This document shows positions 18,115-26,047 of a DNA stretch of 64,000 bases, piece after piece. Where the stretch lies: positions 32,001 through 96,000 of the forward strand of contig JAZSNU010000020.1 of NCBI GenBank assembly GCA_045536565.1. The letters are read 5' to 3'. Numbering within the stretch: position 1 is the first letter of the stretch; each line of letters begins with the position of its first letter. The DNA is from Clostridia bacterium. GTDB lineage: Bacteria > Bacillota > Clostridia > TANB77 > CAG-465. Under the pieces are notes generated by a model. It did no database searches, had not been told where the DNA came from, and saw nothing but the letters and a program-made list of their open reading frames with translations. Position numbers and translations under genes: made by a program.

Positions 18115-19284
18115 ATGGAAAGTAGAAAAGGTAGAAGAAATATAAGATATAAAGAAGAACAAACGAAAAGTAAAAATAAATGGAAGTTAATATGCTTAAT
18201 ATCTCTTGTGGTTATGATATTAATATATAATGAAGTGTATATATTGTTTAAATATACAACAGGGCAAAATGTTACCGAAAAGCAAATAAGATTATACAAA
18301 TGGGTAACAAGTTTAAGAAACAATGAAGCAGAGGTAACAGGAGAAGGAAAATTAGATATAGCGGTTCTGGGGAATATTGTTTTAAGTGATAAACTTCAAA
18401 AAAGTTATATATCAAATAATCAGTCAAATATTGATGAAGTATTTAAACATGTAAAGTTAAGTGGTTATGATTATACTGTTGTAAATCTTGATATGGAATT
18501 AAACAATAATGATTTAACAACAAGAGAACTAATCAATGAATTTCATAGACTTAAAATAAATATGATAAATCTAGCAAATGAGGGGCTTATATATAGCCAA
18601 AAACAAGATATAGATGAAACACTTGATGCTATAAAAGAAAACAAAATTGAGTATATAGGAACAAAAAAACAAGATAAAAATTATTATATTCTAGAAAAGA
18701 ATAATATAAAAATTGCCTTTTTATCATATATAAGTGATGAATACGGTGAAACTATAAAGCTAAATACATATTCAGATAAGCAGTTAGAAAAAGATATAGA
18801 ACAGATAAAAAAAGAGAAAGTAGATGGAACAATACTTTTTATAGATACACTAAGAAGTAATAAAGAAAATATAGATGATGATAAAAAAGATATGCTTAAA
18901 CAAATACTTGAAAAGGATATAGATGTAGTAGTATCTAGTGATACAGTTGCGCAAGAAATATATACTAAAAAAGAAGCACAAAATAGCAAATATATTGCTT
19001 ATTCTTTAGGAGATTTTATAGGGCTTCAAAAAAATAAAAATAGCGATGTTTCTAAATTATTAAAAATATCAATTAACAAGAAAAAAGAAGACGGCAGCAT
19101 TAAAACAATTTTTGATGTGGGTTTTGACAAGACTTTTGTTGCTTTATCAAATAGTGATGTTACTAAATGTAAAGTGGTTGATTTAGAAAAAGAAATAAAA
19201 GAGTTTAATGAAAATGAGGCAGGAAATATAACAATGGCTGAGTACCATTATTTGTTGAAGTTAAAGGAAAACTTAGAGTTATAA
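18115..19284 (+). CDS. CapA/PGA_cap family membrane-anchored protein with degenerate metal sites
   Basis: N-terminal TM; order of motifs IAVLGNI, VVNLD, INLANE, YIGT, IKIAFLSY, YSLGDFI follows the CapA family. Confidence 0.7.
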   Translation: MESRKGRRNIRYKEEQTKSKNKWKLICLISLVVMILIYNEVYILFKYTTGQNVTEKQIRLYKWVTSLRNNEAEVTGEGKLDIAVLGNIVLSDKLQKSYISNNQSNIDEVFKHVKLSGYDYTVVNLDMELNNNDLTTRELINEFHRLKINMINLANEGLIYSQKQDIDETLDAIKENKIEYIGTKKQDKNYYILEKNNIKIAFLSYISDEYGETIKLNTYSDKQLEKDIEQIKKEKVDGTILFIDTLRSNKENIDDDKKDMLKQILEKDIDVVVSSDTVAQEIYTKKEAQNSKYIAYSLGDFIGLQKNKNSDVSKLLKISINKKKEDGSIKTIFDVGFDKTFVALSNSDVTKCKVVDLEKEIKEFNENEAGNITMAEYHYLLKLKENLEL

Positions 19285-19393
19285 GCGTTGATTTAAGATG
19301 CTAGATGTGGTATAATTCTTTGCACAAGGAGGAAATTAGACTAGTATATCAAAATATATTATTGATATAGAAAATTAAAGGAGGATTTAAAAA

Positions 19394-20548
19394 ATGTCAC
19401 AAAGATTTATATTAAATGAAACTTCATACTTTGGTAGAGGTTCAAGGGAAGAACTTGCAAACGAAATTAAAACAAGAGGTTTTAAAAAAGTTTTGGTTGT
19501 AACAGATAAAACATTGGTAGATTGTGGGGTTACAGCAAAAGTAACAGAGGTTTTGGATAAAGCAAATATAGAATATGTTGTTTATTCGGATGTAAAACCT
19601 AACCCAACAGTTAAAAATGTACAAGATGGTGTAAAAGTATGCACAGAAAATGCAGCAGATGTTATTGTTGCAGTGGGTGGAGGCTCAGCAATTGATACAG
19701 CAAAAGGTATAGCGATTGTTATGACAAATCCAGATAGGGCAGATGTTGTGTCTCTTAATGGTTTATCAAATACAATAAATAAAGGCATGCCTATGATAGC
19801 ATTACCTACAACACATGGAACAGCGGCAGAAGTAACAATAAACTATGTAATTACTGACGAAGAAAAACAAGTAAAAATGGTATGCGTTGATCCACATGAT
19901 ATACCACTTGTTGCTATTGTAGATTCTGAGTTAATGGAAACATTACCTAAAAAGGTAGCAGCTTCTACTGGTATGGATGCTTTAACACATGCTGTTGAAG
20001 GATATATCACAAAAGGTCATAACACTATGGCAGATATGTTTCATATGAGAGCAATTGAGTTAATATTTGAAAATTTACCAGCAGCTGTAAATGAAAAAGA
20101 TGAAAAAGCAATTGAAAATACGGCTCTTGCTCAATACATTGCAGGTATGGGATTCTCAAATGTAGGACTTGGAATAGTTCATTCTATGGCTCATCAGTTA
20201 GGTGCTGTATATGACACACCACATGGTCTTGCAAATACTATTTTACTTCCAACAGTAATGAGATTTAATGGCGCTGTTTGTGCTGATAGGTTTAAAGAAA
20301 TATTAGCACATTTAGGGGTTGCAAATGCAAATGATTTAAGCGATGAAGAAGCAATTGAAACACTTGTAGGAAAGATTGTAGATTTATCTAATGCAGTTGG
20401 TATAACTGAAACAGTTAAAGATACTGGATGTAAGGAAGAAGATTTAGAAATGCTTGCTGAAAAAGCAATGGAAGATCCATGTAAACCAGGAAATCCAAGA
20501 GAAGTGACAAAAGAAGACTTTATAAAATTATATAAAGAAGCGATGTAA
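19394..20548 (+). CDS. fucO: Lactaldehyde reductase (Fe-containing alcohol dehydrogenase)
   Basis: RFILNETSYFG, PNPT, GGGSAIDTAK, PTTHGTAAEVT, GMDALTHAVE, VHSMAH, PHGLAN. Confidence 0.9.
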   Translation: MSQRFILNETSYFGRGSREELANEIKTRGFKKVLVVTDKTLVDCGVTAKVTEVLDKANIEYVVYSDVKPNPTVKNVQDGVKVCTENAADVIVAVGGGSAIDTAKGIAIVMTNPDRADVVSLNGLSNTINKGMPMIALPTTHGTAAEVTINYVITDEEKQVKMVCVDPHDIPLVAIVDSELMETLPKKVAASTGMDALTHAVEGYITKGHNTMADMFHMRAIELIFENLPAAVNEKDEKAIENTALAQYIAGMGFSNVGLGIVHSMAHQLGAVYDTPHGLANTILLPTVMRFNGAVCADRFKEILAHLGVANANDLSDEEAIETLVGKIVDLSNAVGITETVKDTGCKEEDLEMLAEKAMEDPCKPGNPREVTKEDFIKLYKEAM

Positions 20549-20655
20549 GAGAAAATATAAAAATAAAGCGCATCATATAAGTTTTACTTGTATGGTGTGT
20601 TTTTCTTGTAATTAATTATTAGGTATTATATAATAAACAAAAAGGAGAGATAAAT

Positions 20656-20994
20656 ATGAATTTTTATGATAAAGTATATGAATTAGTTAGATGTTTTAAA
20701 GAAACAGAGGAATATAAAAAATATATTGAATTAAAAGAAGAAATAAGGAAAGATTCTAAAAATTATAACATGCTAAAAGATTTTAAAGATAAACAAACAA
20801 AAGTACAAATGGATTATATAAATACAGGTAAAGCCAATGAAAATGTTCAAAAAGAACTAGAAAATTTATATTCAATACTTATACAAAATGACAGTATAAG
20901 AACATTCTTTGAATCTGAAATAAGATTAAATGTATTACTTGCAGATATGAATAAAATAATAGGTGAAGGTATACAAGATATTGTAGAATTTTAA
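20656..20994 (+). CDS. YlbF/YmcA family regulator
   Basis: YDKVYEL...ETEEY...FFESEIRLNVLLADMNKII pattern. Confidence 0.8.
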   Translation: MNFYDKVYELVRCFKETEEYKKYIELKEEIRKDSKNYNMLKDFKDKQTKVQMDYINTGKANENVQKELENLYSILIQNDSIRTFFESEIRLNVLLADMNKIIGEGIQDIVEF

Positions 20995-21012
20995 ATTTGT
21001 AAAGAGGAATAT

Positions 21013-21597
21013 ATGGAAGAAGTATTAAAGAAAAATCCAAACGAATTATGTGGGGAGATATTAAAACAGATAAATAATACAAAGGTAAAAATAGAGATGG
21101 ATGATGCCTCTAAAACTAGTTTATATGTTTTTCTCAGCGATACTATAATTATATCAACCAAGAAAGTAAAAACAAAAAAGAGCATATATGAACAAAACAA
21201 ATCTAAACTATTAGTTATAGCACATGAATGCGCTCATTCTACTCAACCCCAAATATTACAATGGATGAATTTTTTGTTGACAAATTTAGAAATATTTATG
21301 TTTTTAGCAATATTATTTATTACTTTTATATTAAAATATACAAATTATATATTAACATATATATATTTAAGTTTATCGTTATTTAGTATAGTTGTAAGGC
21401 ATTATTTAGAAATGGATGCGACAATTAAATCTGTTAAGATAACATCAAAATATTTGCAAAACAACGGAGTAAAAAAAGACAAAATAATAGAAGTAGTAAA
21501 ATATTACAAAAAAGAACTTTTAAAAACAATACCACTTTTTGTTTTATCGTTATATATAACTAAAATAGCAAGACTTATAATAGTGTTAGTAATATAA
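21013..21597 (+). CDS. Membrane zinc metallopeptidase (YugP / Zn_peptidase_2-like)
   Basis: IAHECAHSTQ (HExxH) followed by TM helices and LEMDA. Confidence 0.65.
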   Translation: MEEVLKKNPNELCGEILKQINNTKVKIEMDDASKTSLYVFLSDTIIISTKKVKTKKSIYEQNKSKLLVIAHECAHSTQPQILQWMNFLLTNLEIFMFLAILFITFILKYTNYILTYIYLSLSLFSIVVRHYLEMDATIKSVKITSKYLQNNGVKKDKIIEVVKYYKKELLKTIPLFVLSLYITKIARLIIVLVI

Positions 21598-21655
21598 CTA
21601 TATAAATTATTGTATTGTACAAGAACTAGTTTCATATAATCAACTAGGTGATTAT

Positions 21656-22389
21656 ATGAAGAAAAGTACAATTTTAAGAAGTATGTTTATATGCATATCT
21701 ATTGCTTTGGCAATTGTAGCGTTTGAATTAAATGTTAAGCATAGTTTAAATGAAACAGTTATTAAAACTAATTCAACTCCTATAACAAATAAAGTTATAA
21801 TATTGGATGCTCGGACATCGGTTTGCCAGATGAAGGAGCTGTTGGTTTTACAGGTACAACTGAACAAGCAATAAATCTAAGTATAGTTTTAAAATTGCAA
21901 AAATTAATAGAGCAAAGTGGAGCAAAGGTAATTTTAACTAGAAGTGATGAAAATGGAATTTACTCATTAGACAGTAATAGTATAAGAAGTAAAAAAATTA
22001 GTGATATAAAAAACAGAGAAAAAATAATTGACGAAAGTCATGCTAATATATGTATATCAATTCATTTGAATAAATATCCTGATAGCAAATATAGTGGATG
22101 GCAAACATTTTACCAATCAAACAATGATAATAGTAAAGAGTTATCTAAATTTATTCAAGAAGAGTTAAATAATAATATAGAAAAAGAAAATAAAAGAGTT
22201 CCTATGGCTATAAAGGGTGTATATTTAATGGAACATATTGATATACCAGGAGTAATAGTAGAGTGTGGATTTATATCCAATCCTGAGGAAGAACAAAAGT
22301 TAAAAGAAGATACACATCAGTCAAAAATTGTATGGGGGATTTATACGGGAATACAACAGTATTTTATGAATATGCAAAATATAAATTAG
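21656..22389 (+). CDS. cwlD: N-acetylmuramoyl-L-alanine amidase CwlD; reading frame interrupted by extra C at 21812 and 21819 (recoded gene, pseudogene or sequence error)
   Basis: Removing the two C bases gives a 243-aa protein with N-terminal TM, IILDAGHGLPDEGA, EQAINL, LTRSD, SIHLN, GWQTFY, VECGFISNPEE. Confidence 0.85.
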
Positions 22390-22400
22390 AGGTGAAACAT

Positions 22401-22856
22401 TTGGAAGAAGAATATATGAAAGAGGCTCTTAAAGAGGCTAAAAAAGCATATGATAAAGAGGAAGTACCAGTAGGGGCAGTAATAGTTTTAGAAAACAAAA
22501 TAATAGCAAGAGCACATAATTTAAGGGAAACTAAGAAAAATAGTCTATGTCATGCAGAGATAATAGCTATAAATAAGGCATGTAAGAAGCTAAATAATTT
22601 TAGATTAGATGATTGTGAGTTGTATGTTACGCTAGAACCTTGCGCTATGTGTGCAGGAGCAATTGTACAATCTAGAATAAAAAAAGTCATTTATGGAGCA
22701 AAAGATGAAAAATATGGTATGGCAGGTACGGTATCAAATGTATTCGACTTAAAAAGTAATCACAAGGTAGAGGTAGAGCATGGGGTTTTAGCGGAAGAAT
22801 GTTCTAATATTATAAAAGAATTTTTTAAAAAGTTAAGAGATAAAAATAACAAATAA
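22401..22856 (+). CDS. tadA: tRNA adenosine(34) deaminase TadA
   Basis: EVPVGAV, HAE, LYVTLEPCAMCAGA, FFKKLR; TTG start after GAGGTG. Confidence 0.95.
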   Translation: MEEEYMKEALKEAKKAYDKEEVPVGAVIVLENKIIARAHNLRETKKNSLCHAEIIAINKACKKLNNFRLDDCELYVTLEPCAMCAGAIVQSRIKKVIYGAKDEKYGMAGTVSNVFDLKSNHKVEVEHGVLAEECSNIIKEFFKKLRDKNNK

Positions 22857-22922
22857 TAAGAAGAAGCATAGTATATAGTGTAAGAGAAATCTTACACTGT
22901 TATTTTTTAAGGAAGTGCTAAT

Positions 22923-23348
22923 ATGTGTAAATCAATAAGTTGCGGATGCATAGCAGCATTTTTGGGAGCAATATTTGGAATAATTATAGGGGTGTTATTC
23001 TTCTTAGGAACAATAACAGCTACTGCAATAGTAACACCTATAATTATAGCATTATCAATAGCAGCATTTGTGCTGGCATTACTAATAATTCTTTTATCAA
23101 TTGCTGAATTTAGAGGCAGAGAAAGAGCACCAGTATGTTTATGCAGGAATGCAATAGGTTTGGTAATAACAAGCGTTCTAACAATTTTAGCAGCTATAGC
23201 TACTTTTGCGATTACTTTAGCAGCAGGTAGTGTAGGAATTGCAATATTAATTGGTATAGGAGCAGGAGCTTTCTTTGCAACACTAGTTCAATTAGTTTGC
23301 TGGCTTATCTGCATAGTTGAAGAAAATTGTGATTGTGACCGTGCTTAA
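22923..23348 (+). CDS. Cys-containing hydrophobic membrane protein, likely sporulation-associated
   Basis: Four TM segments, Cys-rich ends, sigmaE-like CATAGTAT upstream. Confidence 0.7.
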   Translation: MCKSISCGCIAAFLGAIFGIIIGVLFFLGTITATAIVTPIIIALSIAAFVLALLIILLSIAEFRGRERAPVCLCRNAIGLVITSVLTILAAIATFAITLAAGSVGIAILIGIGAGAFFATLVQLVCWLICIVEENCDCDRA

Positions 23349-23388
23349 AAAAGACCATTCATCTTTTAGATGAATGGTTTTTACCATT

Positions 23389-23465
23389 TGGTGCACCCAG
23401 AGGGAGTCGAACCCCCAACCTTTGGATTCGTAGTCCAACGCTCTATCCAGTTGAGCTATGAGTAC
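23389..23465 (-). tRNA. tRNA-Arg(ACG)
   Basis: Reverse complement GTACTCATAGCTCAACTGGATAGAGCG-TTGGA-CTACGAA-TCCAA...GGTTCGACTCC...CACCA. Confidence 0.96.
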
Positions 23466-23563
23466 TAACAAGATTTATTATACAACAAATTTGTTACATA
23501 ATCAATAAATGCAGGTAATAATATTGATTTTTTAATCATTTGATATATAATATAGATGCATTT

Positions 23564-23639
23564 GCTTCCGTAGCTCAGGGGATAGAGCAGCGGTTTCCTA
23601 AACCGTTGGTCGGACGTTCGAATCGTCTCGGGAGCACCA
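23564..23639 (+). tRNA. tRNA-Arg(CCT)
   Basis: GCTTCCG acceptor, anticodon arm GCGGT-TTCCTAA-ACCGT, GTTCGAATC, ACCA end. Confidence 0.95.
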
Positions 23640-23758
23640 GAAATTGCAAGCCTTTTTAGGCTTGCTAATTTTTTTGTTTAAATTTAAGTCCGTTTTGGAA
23701 CCTGATTTTTAACCATAAATTACCAATTTGTTTGTAAATGCTGAAAAATGAGCATTTG

Positions 23759-23765
23759 TGTCGAA
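23759..23765 (+). promoter_or_regulatory. Putative Spo0A box upstream of the XRE regulator
   Basis: Exact TGTCGAA in intergenic DNA; a short motif, so it could be chance. Confidence 0.4.
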
Positions 23766-23876
23766 ATAAAACTAACAGTTTTATAAAAACAGCGTATCGC
23801 CATTTTATATTTTACACAAAATATAGTAGTATATATATAAACACTTATGGGTTGATAACTTTTCTGGAGGTAGATT

Positions 23877-24200
23877 ATGGATTATGTTAAATTAGGAGAA
23901 AAAATAAAAAAGGAAAGAATGCGTAATAGACTAACACAAGAAATGCTTGCTGAAATGGCAGATATAACAAGTTCATATGTCGGTCAAATAGAGCGCGGAG
24001 AAAGAAAAGTTACTTTATCTAAATTGGTAAGGATATCAAATGTATTAAATGTTAGTGTTGATTATTTGTTATCTGACACGGCAGAACTTACTGGAGATAA
24101 TCTGCAAGCGGAAATAAAAAATGCAATGAATAATATGGAAGAAAAGGATAAGCATATGATAATAGATATTATAAAAATAATAAATGATTATAAAGATTAG
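23877..24200 (+). CDS. XRE-family HTH transcriptional regulator
   Basis: LGEKIKKER..LTQEMLAE..ITSSYVGQIERGE..LNVSVDYLL. Confidence 0.92.
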   Translation: MDYVKLGEKIKKERMRNRLTQEMLAEMADITSSYVGQIERGERKVTLSKLVRISNVLNVSVDYLLSDTAELTGDNLQAEIKNAMNNMEEKDKHMIIDIIKIINDYKD

Positions 24201-24273
24201 CAAGAAATATACTTGCTAATCTTTTTTTGAATAAATAGTTGTATAAGGACATAGTATTCATATATAAGGGAGA

Positions 24274-24858
24274 ATGAATACTATGTCTAAAATTTGGTGT
24301 TTTATGATAATTGCATCTATTGTTGTTGCTTTTTTATGGGGAAATGTTGCTTCTGTTCCAAACTTAATAATGGAATCTAGTATTACTGCTACTGAAAACA
24401 TGGTTAAACTATTGGGTATGACTTGCTTTTGGAGTGGTATGTTTAATATACTTCAGCAAACAAGTTTGATAGAAAAATTATCAAAATTAATAACTAGATG
24501 TATACGAAGTTTGTTTAAAAAACAAGAAGTGAATGATAAAGCAATGGAAAATATTAGCTTAAACATGACTTGCGATATGCTTGGAGTTGGTAATGCTGCA
24601 ACTGTTTATGGACTTAAAGCAATAGAAGAACTAAATAAAGTAAATGATGATAAAACAAGGGCTAATGATAGTATAATTATGTTTGTTATTTTAAATGCCG
24701 CTTCTATACAATTAATACCTACGGGAATGATAACATTAAGAACTATGTATAATTCACAAAACCCGGTTGAAATAGTACCTTGGGTTTGGCTCGTAACAAT
24801 TGTTGCTTTAATAGTAGGTATAATAGCGTGTAAAGTATTGAATAAAATTATTAAATAG
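24274..24858 (+). CDS. spmA: Spore maturation protein A
   Basis: MLGVGNAATVYGLKA, QLIPT; paired with spmB; sigmaE-like promoter upstream. Confidence 0.9.
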   Translation: MNTMSKIWCFMIIASIVVAFLWGNVASVPNLIMESSITATENMVKLLGMTCFWSGMFNILQQTSLIEKLSKLITRCIRSLFKKQEVNDKAMENISLNMTCDMLGVGNAATVYGLKAIEELNKVNDDKTRANDSIIMFVILNAASIQLIPTGMITLRTMYNSQNPVEIVPWVWLVTIVALIVGIIACKVLNKIIK

Positions 24859-24868
24859 AGGAAGTATT

Positions 24869-25393
24869 ATGATAGAATATATTTCAATTATGGCCATACC
24901 AATGATGATTTTTGTTATAATAATAACAGGAATAATAGAGAAAAAGGACATATTATCATTGTTTGCGCATGGTGCAATAGATGGGTTAAAAGTTGTATAT
25001 AGAATATTTCCACATGTTCTTGCTATAATGGTTGCGGTTTCATTATTTAAAGAGACAGGGGCTATGAGTATAGTATTTAAACCAATTAATGGAATATTGA
25101 ATATTTTAAATATTCCAGAAGATATAGTGACACTTTCAATACTTAGACCAATATCGGGAGGAGCAGCTCAATCGGTTGTTATGGATATATTTCAAAATTA
25201 TGGACCTGATTCCATTCAAGGTAAGATAGCGTCGATAATTATGGGAGGAACAGAAACAACTTTCTATGTAATAACAATATTATATGGAGCAGTTGGTATA
25301 AAGAAGATAAGAGGAACACTCACTGCTGCACTCATTGCTGATTTTGCAGCTATAGCCTTATCAATATTTATTGTGTTGAAGGGATTTGCGTAG
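24869..25393 (+). CDS. spmB: Spore maturation protein B
   Basis: RPISG, YGPDS, TETTFYV..YGAVGIKKIR. Confidence 0.92.
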   Translation: MIEYISIMAIPMMIFVIIITGIIEKKDILSLFAHGAIDGLKVVYRIFPHVLAIMVAVSLFKETGAMSIVFKPINGILNILNIPEDIVTLSILRPISGGAAQSVVMDIFQNYGPDSIQGKIASIIMGGTETTFYVITILYGAVGIKKIRGTLTAALIADFAAIALSIFIVLKGFA

Positions 25394-25450
25394 AGGTAAA
25401 GGTTGCAAGTTACGAAAAAATATGGTAATATACTAAAAAATATATAAGGG

Positions 25451-25684
25451 GTGAATCTTATGGTTAATAACATTAAGCGGAAAAAATTTTATTACGATAA
25501 AGATATGAAAAGAAATGAAATATTATCTGAAATTGCAGCTCTTTTTTCTATTATGATAGCAGTAGTTGCTTTTATGAGCACTTTTTTGGGAACTGTTACT
25601 ACTATCTTTATGGTTGCTATTATTTTAATTCTTGTACTTCCGTATATAGGATGTAAGATTGATGAAATACAAGGGTATGAATAA
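25451..25684 (+). CDS. Small hypothetical membrane protein
   Basis: Two TM segments; RBS AAGGGG. Confidence 0.5.
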   Translation: MNLMVNNIKRKKFYYDKDMKRNEILSEIAALFSIMIAVVAFMSTFLGTVTTIFMVAIILILVLPYIGCKIDEIQGYE

Positions 25685-25821
25685 TAATGAAATAAAGAGA
25701 GAATTTTTTAAAACATTTAAAATGTAGAGAATAATATCTCTGCATTTTTTTATGTTAAATTTTCTTTTTGGTTTTGAATGTAAAAATCGACAAAATTTGC
25801 TATAAAATTTGGCTTAAATTA

Positions 25822-25850
25822 TTGACTTTGTGAATTTTGCATGGTATAAT
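25822..25850 (+). promoter_or_regulatory. sigmaA promoter of rpoBC
   Basis: TTGACT-17 bp-TATAAT with an extended -10 TG. Confidence 0.7.
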
Positions 25851-26047
25851 AAAGAAAATATTTTTGAGACTATCAGAGAAATATGTAAACTAAAATGTTG
25901 AAGGATGGTAGTATTGTTTGAAAAAAAGATTTGTAACGGGTAAAAATTAAATATAAAAACTGAGTTGGTTTAACATAAAAAACCAATTTGGTTTTTTGTT
26001 GCCTTGTACGAATTTTTATGTAAAGATAAAATATGGGGGGATTTATT

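Noticed and set aside
21823-22389. Treating ORFs 21656-21874 and 21823-22389 as two independent genes
   Set aside because: The second lacks an RBS and the first Zn-ligand His; together they form one CwlD.
22332-22400. N-terminal extension of TadA overlapping cwlD
   Set aside because: No RBS at 22332; homology and the RBS point to TTG 22401.
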